DNA from: a bacterium
GTDB lineage: Bacteria; Patescibacteriota; Minisyncoccia; Moranbacterales; DUUL01
Assembly: GCA_018675685.1 (NCBI GenBank)
Contig: JABGXP010000010.1
Location: forward strand, 49,427 to 113,426
Length of the DNA stretch: 64,000 nt
Direction of reading: 5' to 3'
The position numbers and the translations under genes are program-made. Each line of letters opens with the position of its first letter. Position 1 is the stretch's first letter. Below the pieces are notes generated by a model. It did not search any database. It saw only the letters and a program-made list of their open reading frames with translations, and was not told the origin of the DNA. This document shows, in pieces, positions 9,627-18,890 of the stretch.

Positions 9627-10388
9627 CTAGATGTCAATTTTCATGACCTTAGCATGAAAAAGCGCAACATCAGAGATCCATTTTTGAACACTTTGCGGTG
9701 AATGGGTGGCGCAAGATGAACCACACTTCCAAACTGTCATCTGAGAAGGTCTTGTGGCACCGACTCTAGTCGTTAGTTGTTCTAGTCTTCTTCCAACTAT
9801 AGTGATTGCTTCCTTTGGATTCGAAAAACAGCTATAACCACTTCTGGTTGGACTGGTTTTCCCTTTGAAGCCCCAGTAGTTATAACAACGCTCCCCATTT
9901 TTTTTAGGAGAATAGACTCCAAATTTACTCTCTTTGAAGGCAATTCCAACAAGAAAAGCCGCTACAATCTTTTTTTGCTCAAGAATTGGCTCAATCATTT
10001 CTTCCATGGGAGTTCCCCCTAGAATTTCAAACAATTGTTCTTTCGATATCTTTTGTTTTTGTTCCAACAAAAGCTCTTCTTTGGACTTGAAGGTGTCCTC
10101 ATCACAAAAATCAGGGAAAATTTCAAGTTCCAGTTTCCGAGTATTTTTTTTCAAGAAGCTAGGGTTGCAAAGCGAGACGGTTTTTTTCTCAACATTTGAT
10201 TTTGCATAAGCAAATGGGAAAGCCCGACGGTTTTCGGGGGAGTCAAATGAAGAAAAAGACCAATAAAAAAAGCCACAAATGAGCAATGTGGACCCGATGA
10301 CTAGTTTTTTCTTTCTATTTTTCTGACTTGAAATAGCTCCCCTTATAAAGCTAACCGATTTAGCAGTTAAATCTGCACATCGTTTCAT
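9627..10388 (-). CDS. Membrane-anchored GH73-like 4-Cys domain protein, paralog 2
   Basis: N-terminal TM helix. C-terminal block TPMEEMIEPILEQKKIVAAFLVGIAFKESKFG...RCYNYWGFKG...SGYSCF...WKCGSSC...KWISDV. Confidence 0.5.
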   Translation of the reverse strand: MKRCADLTAKSVSFIRGAISSQKNRKKKLVIGSTLLICGFFYWSFSSFDSPENRRAFPFAYAKSNVEKKTVSLCNPSFLKKNTRKLELEIFPDFCDEDTFKSKEELLLEQKQKISKEQLFEILGGTPMEEMIEPILEQKKIVAAFLVGIAFKESKFGVYSPKKNGERCYNYWGFKGKTSPTRSGYSCFSNPKEAITIVGRRLEQLTTRVGATRPSQMTVWKCGSSCATHSPQSVQKWISDVALFHAKVMKIDI

Positions 10389-10571
10389 GTATTACAATCA
10401 ATGATTATCACCTTGAAAAAAGGATCTTACAAGGCAGCCTTTCAGTTGTTTACTAAGCTTTTTATGGGTAATTTATTTCTAAGAAACATTTTCTATTCTA
10501 CAAGTTTCAGAACACTTGTCAAGTGGGTAAAAATATGATAAAGTCGTTCTTGTAGTCGACAACACATTTTT

Positions 10572-10643
10572 GGCCCGTTCGTCTAGTGGTTAGGACGCCA
10601 GGTTTTCATCCTGGTAACAGGGGTTCGATTCCCCTACGGGCTA
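10572..10643 (+). tRNA. tRNA-Glu (anticodon UUC)
   Basis: Cloverleaf folded by hand. Acceptor stem GGCCCGT/ACGGGCT with a G1-U72 wobble. D-arm GTCT-AGTGGTTA-GGAC. Anticodon stem CCAGG/CCTGG with loop TTTTCAT (anticodon TTC). T-arm AGGGG-TTCGATT-CCCCT. Discriminator A. No encoded CCA. Confidence 0.85.
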
Positions 10644-10655
10644 CACAGAAAAAAA

Positions 10656-10682
10656 GGCACTTCTTCGGAAGTGTCTTTTTTG
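10656..10682 (+). terminator. Intrinsic terminator after the tRNA, with a UUCG tetraloop
   Basis: GGCACTTC-TTCG-GAAGTGTC hairpin followed by a T-run. Confidence 0.6.
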
Positions 10683-10703
10683 TAGTCCGTAGGGGAATCG
10701 AAC
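10682..10703. repeat. Inverted copy of the tRNA-Glu 3' end (T-arm plus acceptor 3' strand)
   Basis: GTAGTCCGTAGGGGAATCGAAC is the reverse complement of tRNA positions 10623..10644 (GTTCGATTCCCCTACGGGCTAC) with one mismatch. No matching 5' half is present, so it is not a complete tRNA. Confidence 0.6.
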
Positions 10704-10887
10704 GGGTAGCAATGAAGTAGCTTATTTTTAGCAAAAAATAAGTGTAGCGAATGCCGATGGATGCGATTAGCATTCAGCGCTACCCTGGACAAGGAGCGAC
10801 AGCGACGCGAGAAAATGCATGAAATTGAGATGCTGATTTTGAAAAAGCCGAAGAAAGAGAAATCGAATGAGCAGTAATAAAATAAAA

Positions 10888-11011
10888 CACCCATTTAAAT
10901 GGCTATTTAATTTTATTTAATTTTCCAAAAAAGTTCTAGCACCCTCTACTCAACGGAGCAAATACTTCTAAATGCCTTTTTGAGGGCATTTTCAGGTGGT
11001 TAACGTTGACT
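10888..11011 (+). promoter_or_regulatory. Operator-like palindrome ACCCATTTAAATGGCT plus conserved box AGGTGGTTAACGTTGACT upstream of ORF 11081, copy 1
   Basis: Near-perfect 16-bp palindrome at 10888..10904. The AGGTGGTTAACGTTGACT box at 10995..11011 contains a TTGACT -35. Both pieces recur at 11821..11860. Confidence 0.45.
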
Positions 11012-11080
11012 GATTATAAGTTTTATGCTAATTTTACCCATCAGTTATTTTACATAAATTACAACAGGAGGAAGTAAGGT

Positions 11081-11398
11081 ATGAAAATATCACAAGTTTA
11101 CAGATTGTTATTCCATGTAGGTGGAGCATTTAATTTCCTTGATAGAGATTTTTTGCCTGATCTTGCAGAAATCGACAAACAATACATTTTGGATATGACC
11201 GAAGTGGTGAAGAAAGCTGTTGGTAGCAAATATGGTGAAATCACAAATGATTCTATTTTGAAAAAGGTTTTCCCTGGGAATTTAGAACTAAAGGAAAATG
11301 CTGAGATGCTACACACCAAGTATCTTCAATGGTTAGAAACTTCAAAATATCCAGGCTTATATCGTGACATAAAAAATGACCCTGGCGTTTATGCTTAA
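11081..11398 (+). CDS. Hypothetical protein (105 aa)
   Basis: Strong SD (CAGGAGGAAG) 8 nt upstream of the ATG. No recognisable family. Confidence 0.5.
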   Translation: MKISQVYRLLFHVGGAFNFLDRDFLPDLAEIDKQYILDMTEVVKKAVGSKYGEITNDSILKKVFPGNLELKENAEMLHTKYLQWLETSKYPGLYRDIKNDPGVYA

Positions 11399-11428
11399 AG
11401 GGAAAATGACAAACAAAGGGAGAATGAA

Positions 11429-11695
11429 ATGGAATTAAAACCTTATTTTTACAAACAAAGAGTCAAGGACACTCATTCCGACTATGGAAAAGTAGCCATT
11501 AGTTTAGAGAAATGTCCTAACGGTACAGTAGAGTTGATGGGATGTGCTTGCACCTTTCATAGTTGTTGTAAAGATCACAAACCCCATATGCGCATAGTGG
11601 AAACCCCATACTGCTGGATACAATGCGAAGCTACAACAAAAATGATGGAAAGAGATCCTACTTTGGGACAAGTGGAAACATGTCGCGTAAAATAA
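11429..11695 (+). CDS. Small cysteine-rich protein (88 aa, 8 Cys)
   Basis: An SD (AAGGGAGA) precedes the ATG. Cys pattern CPNGT..GCAC..HSCC..CWIQC. Followed by an intrinsic terminator. Confidence 0.5.
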   Translation: MELKPYFYKQRVKDTHSDYGKVAISLEKCPNGTVELMGCACTFHSCCKDHKPHMRIVETPYCWIQCEATTKMMERDPTLGQVETCRVK

Positions 11696-11723
11696 AAAAC
11701 AAACCTTGGCAAAAAATTGCTGA

Positions 11724-11764
11724 ATCACCCCAGATCGTTATTCGATTCCGGGGTGATTTTTTTA
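11724..11764 (+). terminator. Intrinsic terminator
   Basis: ATCACCCC...GGGGTGAT stem followed by a T-run. Confidence 0.6.
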
Positions 11765-11820
11765 CTTTAAATTAAAACAGCGTTTCAAATATCTTCTGGC
11801 AGGGAGGATTGTAATAAAAT

Positions 11821-11883
11821 ACCCATTTAAATGGGTGTTTTTAGGCGGTTAACATTGACTTTCATTGCATTTTGAGGTAGAAT
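11821..11883 (+). promoter_or_regulatory. Copy 2 of palindrome ACCCATTTAAATGGGT plus AGGCGGTTAACATTGACT box, with promoter TTGACT-N17-TAGAAT for the GNAT gene
   Basis: Perfect 16-bp palindrome at 11821..11836. Conserved box at 11843..11860 whose TTGACT serves as the -35. -10 TAGAAT at 11878..11883. Confidence 0.5.
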
Positions 11884-11934
11884 TATCCGTTAAGTAAAAG
11901 TATTTTGACAATTATCCAAACGAGGAGAAAAGAG

Positions 11935-12666
11935 ATGGACAAAAAAGCGGTAACCTTAAAAGTTGGTGAAAATATCATTCTCAAAACCTTCACCCCCCAA
12001 GATGCACCAACAATTTTTGCTTTGATTGATTCCTGTCGAGAACACCTGAACCGAAACAATGAGAATACGGCGAAGAAATATCCTGATCTTGAATCGTTCA
12101 TTGAAAGCATCGTTTCTCCGAAAAAAACAAAGCGTTTACGTTTTGGAATTTGGGACAATGATGTTTTTGTCGGAAGTGTCAACATCGAAGGTAAGGGCAA
12201 TGGAAAAGCGGAACTGGGATACTGGGTTGGAGAGCAGTATCTAGGCAAGGGTTATGCGGGCACGGCTTCGTATAGATTGATTCAGTCCACTTTCAAGGGC
12301 GGTAGAATCAAACTTATCATTGCCAAGGTAGCCGAAACCAATGAGTACAGCTTTCGAATTATTGAAAAACTGGGCTTCTTTCTTGATGAGAAGAAAGAAG
12401 GAGAGCGTATCTACCATTTAGAAAGATGGCTTCCTTTCTATGTCAATGCCTGTCTTTTCTTCGGTGCTGTTGAGAATAGAGTTGAATGGGAGAAGGCTAA
12501 AAGCAACTATCCCAAAAATCCAAACTATCTACTCGACATGAGATTGAGCGAACTAACTTTGCAAGATGATCCCATGCCTGATTTTGGCGAAGGTGTCAGG
12601 TATACCGGCATCACGCTAAGAGACTGGATGACAATGAAAAATTTGGATCCAAACCAAGTCGACTGA
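11935..12666 (+). CDS. GNAT-family N-acetyltransferase (RimJ/RimL-like) with a ~75-aa C-terminal extension
   Basis: GNAT motif A: GYWVGEQYLGKGYAGTA. An SD (GAGGAG) precedes the ATG at 11935. The ORF track extended the start to 11905. Confidence 0.75.
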   Translation: MDKKAVTLKVGENIILKTFTPQDAPTIFALIDSCREHLNRNNENTAKKYPDLESFIESIVSPKKTKRLRFGIWDNDVFVGSVNIEGKGNGKAELGYWVGEQYLGKGYAGTASYRLIQSTFKGGRIKLIIAKVAETNEYSFRIIEKLGFFLDEKKEGERIYHLERWLPFYVNACLFFGAVENRVEWEKAKSNYPKNPNYLLDMRLSELTLQDDPMPDFGEGVRYTGITLRDWMTMKNLDPNQVD

Positions 12667-12695
12667 AACTCACTGGCAGTAAAATCTACTACTCC

Positions 12696-12733
12696 GCCCC
12701 TGCATCATCTGATGAAGGGGCAGTTTTATTTTG
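12696..12733 (+). terminator. Intrinsic terminator after the GNAT gene
   Basis: GCCCCTGCATCATCTGATGAAGGGGC hairpin plus a T-run. Confidence 0.55.
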
Positions 12734-12844
12734 TCTTCATTCTAGGACATCGTCCATTGACAAAAACAGTTTGTCATGCTATAGTCACTTATCAGTACTT
12801 AGCAACATTCATCAGCAACGAAACATCAAAAAAGAGGAGTGATT

Positions 12845-13147
12845 ATGCAAAAAATCGACAACTTCGCACAATTGACAGATGCGATTGGGGCTGGAAGTTC
12901 TGACCCAAGCAACCCAGGACCAGTCGTTGTTTCACTGAGTCTTTGGAACGGGAAACAGATAAACGGTGCTTATTACAGAGGAACAAAGGGCCCTGATATA
13001 ACAGTCCGAGAAGATGTTATTTGGGACAGCGAGATCCTAGATCCTTTTGTCCGGAAACTCTTTGCCGAAGGCACACCATTTATCACAGAGATGGGAAGTC
13101 ATGACATGGTCTGCACGCTCGAATGGAAGATTTCTAACGGCTCCTAG
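12845..13147 (+). CDS. Hypothetical protein (~100 aa)
   Basis: SD AAGAGGAG 6 nt upstream of the ATG at 12845. No recognisable family. Confidence 0.45.
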   Translation: MQKIDNFAQLTDAIGAGSSDPSNPGPVVVSLSLWNGKQINGAYYRGTKGPDITVREDVIWDSEILDPFVRKLFAEGTPFITEMGSHDMVCTLEWKISNGS

Positions 13148-13372
13148 GAAGCCACTGAAGAAAGTATCAACAAAGCGGGGAGTTCACAATGTGAATTTGC
13201 TGCTTTTTGTTTTTCTGTTACGAAACACGTCCGCTAGGGGGAGCATTAAATCAACAACCCAAACCACACCTTCAAATATTTCTAAAGAACTGTTATAATG
13301 GGTTATATATAATAATTAAAAATCAGGGGTGGTTTGAAAAGGGATGGGATATTTTTTATTAAATTTAAAACT

Positions 13373-14524
13373 ATGAAACAAAAAAAGTTTATTCTACTGA
13401 CTCTGAGCTTAATTGTACTGTTTTTTGCGAGCACTTTTTTCGCCTCGGCTGCTGAATTCAGGTTTGCCAAAGAGGGTCAAAACATTAATGTGGGGGAGGG
13501 GGAGAGAGTGGAAAATTTCTACACAGTTGGGAATATCGTTTCAATTGATGGCGATGTTAGCAATGATTTGTACACCGCAGGAAATGTGATAACCATTGAA
13601 GGCGATGTTGAGAATAATTTCGCTGGTGCTGGGAGAACTGTTATTATTAAAGGTGATGTTGGGAACAATGCTCACATTATGGGTGAAACAGTGATCATCA
13701 AAGGGACAGTGACAGAAGATTTGTTTATAGCTGGTGCAAGTGTACTGATTGAAAAATCAGCAATGATTGCGGGTGACCTTGTTATTGGTGCAGGGAAAGT
13801 TGACATCGAAGGTTCTGTTTTGGGAGATGTTTATATAGGTGGTAACGAAGTGACACTTAACGGTAGGATTATCGGAAAGACTAAGTTGGCAGTAGATACT
13901 TTGAAGATCGGCAAAAATGCTGAAATTGTTGATGATATTAAGTATACTTCTTCAAAGAAAGCTCAGATTCACGAAGATGCTAGAGTATTAGCAGGACTCG
14001 ATTTTGATAAAAAAGCTTTAAATGCTTCCAGTAAAGCTCCTGATACAGCTGGATTATTGCTTTTTCTCTTGCTACTTAAGATTGCAGCTTGTATTGTGAC
14101 CGGTTTGGTATTGGTTTATTTCTTCAACAAGAAAATAAAAGCAGTAGTAACGGGTGGTCTAAAGAATGTATGGGGAAATATTGGCGTGGGATTTGCTGTG
14201 TGTCTGCTTACTCCAGTTGTGATGATAATTTTGGCAGTTACTGTTGTGGGAATTCAACTCGCAGGTCTACTATTGGTTCTATATATCATGTTACTAGCAC
14301 TATCTTCAGTGATAGCCAGTATCGCTCTGGGAAGCTTTCTTATTAAAGTGCTGAAGAAAAAGGAGACATTTGAAGTTTCTTGGCAGGAAGTAGTGTTGGG
14401 AGTTATGATCTTGAAAATTGTCTGGTTTGTTCCTGTTATCGGTTGGTTATTATGTGCAACTTTTAGTTTGCTTACTATGGGGTCTATCTCCAAATTAGCT
14501 TATAAAAGTATTATTAAGAAATAA
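13373..14524 (+). CDS. Secreted bactofilin-like beta-helical repeat domain fused to a C-terminal polytopic membrane domain
   Basis: Signal peptide with AXA site (FFASAAEF). About eight tandem ~19-aa repeats of the bactofilin type (GNIVSIDGDVSNDLYTAGNVITIEGDV..., G.V.I.G.V pattern). Then 4-5 TM helices. The ORF track used a TTG at 13334. The ATG at 13373 is more likely the start. Confidence 0.5.
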   Translation: MKQKKFILLTLSLIVLFFASTFFASAAEFRFAKEGQNINVGEGERVENFYTVGNIVSIDGDVSNDLYTAGNVITIEGDVENNFAGAGRTVIIKGDVGNNAHIMGETVIIKGTVTEDLFIAGASVLIEKSAMIAGDLVIGAGKVDIEGSVLGDVYIGGNEVTLNGRIIGKTKLAVDTLKIGKNAEIVDDIKYTSSKKAQIHEDARVLAGLDFDKKALNASSKAPDTAGLLLFLLLLKIAACIVTGLVLVYFFNKKIKAVVTGGLKNVWGNIGVGFAVCLLTPVVMIILAVTVVGIQLAGLLLVLYIMLLALSSVIASIALGSFLIKVLKKKETFEVSWQEVVLGVMILKIVWFVPVIGWLLCATFSLLTMGSISKLAYKSIIKK

Positions 14525-14557
14525 TAACAATAGCTAATTGGCAACCAAGCCTTTAAA

Positions 14558-14588
14558 AGACCGCCCTTGCGAGGGTGGTCTTTTTTTA
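14558..14588 (+). terminator. Intrinsic terminator
   Basis: AGACCGCCC-TTGCGA-GGGTGGTCT hairpin plus seven T residues. Confidence 0.6.
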
Positions 14589-14677
14589 GACCCCTCTATA
14601 GAGTCCTCTAAAAACTAGTTCCTCAACAAAAAAAATAAACGTGCTATACTTTAGGTGATTTTTTATAAAAAATACTA

Positions 14678-15424
14678 ATGAGTTATAAAGTCGAAGGCAT
14701 TATTCTAGAAGCTAGGGAATGCCGAGAATATGACAGGATCTATACAATTCTTTCACGCGAAGAGGGAAAAGTCAGCGTGATTGGAGTTGGAACAAGAAAA
14801 CCCAAGGCTAAACTTGCTTCTGGCCTTGAGCCAATCACGAGAAGTGAGTTGTTTTTGGTTAAATGTCGTGGACTGGACAGAGTTAAAGGAGTTTTGATAG
14901 ATAGCCAGTATCCAAAAACAAAAAAGAATTATGAGAAAATAATTTTAGTGAGAAGAACCGCGAGAGTTTTGGGATTACTCTTGCCAGAGAAAGAGAAGTG
15001 CAAAGAACTTTTTGAAGCACTAGCTATTTTCTTGAATGTGGTAGAGAGCGACAAGAGCAATAAGAGGGTCCAAGAAAATCAAGAAATAGCGCTTGCCCAA
15101 CTCTCATTGTTTTGGCAGGTGATTTCTTGGTCTGGAACGACTCCTTCTTTGCACAATTGTGTGACTTGTAGGAAGAAATTGCAAAAAAATGATAAATTCA
15201 TTTTTTCTGTGCCAAACGGTTTGAAATGTCAAAATTGTTTTGAGCGTAAAGAAAAGGATGCTTTCTATATCAGTGCAGACGCTGTCAAATTGCTAAGACT
15301 CTTTTTGGAGGATCAAGACCAGGTTCTAGAAAGGATTAAAGTCCAACAAAAAACCTTAGGAGAGCTTCGAAATGTAACCAAATCAGTCCTGTCCTATATA
15401 ACAGAACGAAAAATTATATTCTAG
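14678..15424 (+). CDS. recO: DNA repair protein RecO
   Basis: N-terminal OB-fold pattern VEGIILEARECREYDRIYTILSREEGKVSVIG and a C-terminal C4 zinc finger CVTCRKK...CQNC. Length 248 aa. Confidence 0.75.
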   Translation: MSYKVEGIILEARECREYDRIYTILSREEGKVSVIGVGTRKPKAKLASGLEPITRSELFLVKCRGLDRVKGVLIDSQYPKTKKNYEKIILVRRTARVLGLLLPEKEKCKELFEALAIFLNVVESDKSNKRVQENQEIALAQLSLFWQVISWSGTTPSLHNCVTCRKKLQKNDKFIFSVPNGLKCQNCFERKEKDAFYISADAVKLLRLFLEDQDQVLERIKVQQKTLGELRNVTKSVLSYITERKIIF

Positions 15425-15469
15425 CTTTTGTGAGGAGTTTTTTTATGCTACAATATATAATAAGCGTGG

Positions 15470-15496
15470 AAATAAAATAAAATAAAATAAAATAAA
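15470..15496 (+). repeat. Pentanucleotide microsatellite (AAATA)5 directly abutting the start codon of ORF 15497
   Basis: GG-AAATA-AAATA-AAATA-AAATA-AAATA-AAATGG. A TATAAT-like -10 lies just upstream. Confidence 0.8.
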
Positions 15497-17410
15497 ATGG
15501 CCTTAGGAGATCTTTTAAAAAAATTATACAAGAAAAAAGATGAACTTAACGAGCGTGAACTAGACAAAGATGTCTATGACGCTAGTGGCGTTGAGCAAGC
15601 AGAGGATGGTTTTTCAAATATCGAAGGTGAAATTCTAAAGACCCAAGGGAATAGAGACATCACAGAAGAGCAGGAGGTTGCGCAAAAGAGCAAATTGTTT
15701 GTTTTTGGAGGAATAGTCCTCATTGTTCTGTTGCTTATCTTGGGGGTTGTTTTTGTTTATTTTAAAATTGTTGGGAGTGCTTTTCTTGAAGAGAAAGTGG
15801 AAATCTCAATCTCTGGTTCTAGCGAAGTGAGAAGTGCAGAGAACACAGCATATACTATCAGGGTTGAGAACTTTAATCGAGTTGCCTTGCAAAATGTGAA
15901 AATATCTTTGAATTATTCAGAAACCATGGTAATTCAGGATAAACCATATATTCAAAAAGAGGGTTTTAAATCTTCTAAAATTGTAGTCGGTAGTATAAAA
16001 GCGAAAGAAAAGAAGGAATATGAAGTTATTTTTAAACCATTTGGTCCTCGGGACAGGCAGGTTTTTTTGAACGCTGCAGTTCAGTATCAACCGTCTAACT
16101 TCAACAGTGAATTTGAAAAACTAGCTCAAAAAAGCATTGTCATTAAATCATCTCCAATTACGATAACACTGATCCCTGTTAAAAAGGCTGCTAGTGGAGA
16201 AAAAGTTCACTTGGATGCTATTGTGAAAAATAACAGCAATTTGGAGTTCGAAGACTTAGAGTTGAAACTTGATTATCCAGAGGGTTTTTCCTTCGAAGTA
16301 AGTAATCCAGCACCTTCTCGCGATAAGAACATTTGGAGATTTGAAAAGCTTGGTAGTAAGGCGCAGATAAAGGTTGGGATAGACGGAATTATTGAAGGAG
16401 TTCCTGATTCTTTGAAAAATTTTAAGGCTGAGCTTGGAGAGAGAAGAACGGATAATGAAATGCTCGTGTTCACTGAAAATGAGGCGGTTATGAAAATGAT
16501 CTCTAGTAGAGTGGAAATTAGGCAAGAGGTTATTTCTGACAGTATTTATGCCGGAGAGAGCACTACATATAATATTAAATTTAAAAATACTTCAGATGTT
16601 CCGTTGAGAGATTTGATTTTAATCCAATATATCGACTCAGAAGTTATCAAAAAAGAAAAAGTAAGAGTGCCACTGGGTCATTATGATAGTAAAAACAACA
16701 CGGTTATTTGGAAAGCGTCTCAGGTGCCAGCATTGAAACTGCTCATGCCTGGCGAAGAGGGGCTTGCGATCACCAACTTGCCCACCATTAATGAAGTTCC
16801 GATGAATAATGAGAATGATAAGAATTTCACCATTAATTCATATGTGGAACTTGAAAGTCTAGATATCGATTCCCCTTTATGGCAAAACAAAAGAATTAGA
16901 TCTTCACAGAAACAGGTCTCCATTAATTCAAAGATGATAGTTGAAGTGGAAGGATTGTTTCATAGTGAAGAACTGCCTAATACCGGTCCAATTCCGACTG
17001 TTATTAACGAAGAGACTACTTTCACTATCTATATGAGGATTAAGAATACATCCAATGATTTGAAGAATGTAATACTCACAACGAAATTTCCTTCAGGCAT
17101 CGTTTGGAAGAATAACTATTTCCCTCGTGATGCAGGGATGGATTTCAATGAAAGAACAAATGAGTTGAAATTGATAATTGGTTCAGTGGAGGCAGGAGCC
17201 GGGTTTATTTCACCCGAAAAAAAATATGCCTTCCAAGTTGGTGTAATTCCCTCAGAGAATCAACTCGGAGAAAGGGCTTATATCCTCAATGACTTGACTA
17301 CTACAGCTATTGATACTTTCACTGGAAATGAGGTCTCCTATGAATTCAGTGTGTTGGATGTGTCTCAAATAAAAGATGTGGAGGCAAAGCTTATTGACAC
17401 AAGACAGTAG
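15497..17410 (+). CDS. Hypothetical large surface protein with N-terminal TM anchor (637 aa)
   Basis: One TM helix at residues ~65-90, then ~540 aa of beta-rich sequence. No SD. No recognisable family. Confidence 0.5.
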   Translation: MALGDLLKKLYKKKDELNERELDKDVYDASGVEQAEDGFSNIEGEILKTQGNRDITEEQEVAQKSKLFVFGGIVLIVLLLILGVVFVYFKIVGSAFLEEKVEISISGSSEVRSAENTAYTIRVENFNRVALQNVKISLNYSETMVIQDKPYIQKEGFKSSKIVVGSIKAKEKKEYEVIFKPFGPRDRQVFLNAAVQYQPSNFNSEFEKLAQKSIVIKSSPITITLIPVKKAASGEKVHLDAIVKNNSNLEFEDLELKLDYPEGFSFEVSNPAPSRDKNIWRFEKLGSKAQIKVGIDGIIEGVPDSLKNFKAELGERRTDNEMLVFTENEAVMKMISSRVEIRQEVISDSIYAGESTTYNIKFKNTSDVPLRDLILIQYIDSEVIKKEKVRVPLGHYDSKNNTVIWKASQVPALKLLMPGEEGLAITNLPTINEVPMNNENDKNFTINSYVELESLDIDSPLWQNKRIRSSQKQVSINSKMIVEVEGLFHSEELPNTGPIPTVINEETTFTIYMRIKNTSNDLKNVILTTKFPSGIVWKNNYFPRDAGMDFNERTNELKLIIGSVEAGAGFISPEKKYAFQVGVIPSENQLGERAYILNDLTTTAIDTFTGNEVSYEFSVLDVSQIKDVEAKLIDTRQ

Positions 17411-17436
17411 AATCGCATAGAATAGAGATCTAGTAA

Positions 17437-18669
<1,233 letters not shown>

Positions 18670-18890
18670 AAAAGATTTTACAATTTACGTTTGAATATTA
18701 AAAACAAAACAAAACCCATTGTTTTGTTTTTAAAAAAGGAAAAGACACCGATATCCCAAGTTTACAAAACGTATTAAATGATATATTCTGGAAGTAAGAA
18801 AACGAATAAAAGAACAATCTCTTATTGGTTGATGGTAGTGACTTTTATTAACTTTTTAAAATTATAGACAAACAAATATAAAGTTAACTG

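Noticed and set aside
10634-10894. 86-aa minus-strand ORF spanning the tRNA 3' end, the terminator and the inverted tRNA fragment.
   Set aside because: It overlaps the tRNA gene and hairpin-rich non-coding sequence, has no SD or promoter context, and includes a Cys/Arg-rich stretch typical of translating a GC-rich hairpin region.
13047-13298. 83-aa plus-strand ORF overlapping the 3' end of ORF 12845..13147.
   Set aside because: It is in an alternative frame overlapping a better-supported SD-bearing ORF, and has no start signals.
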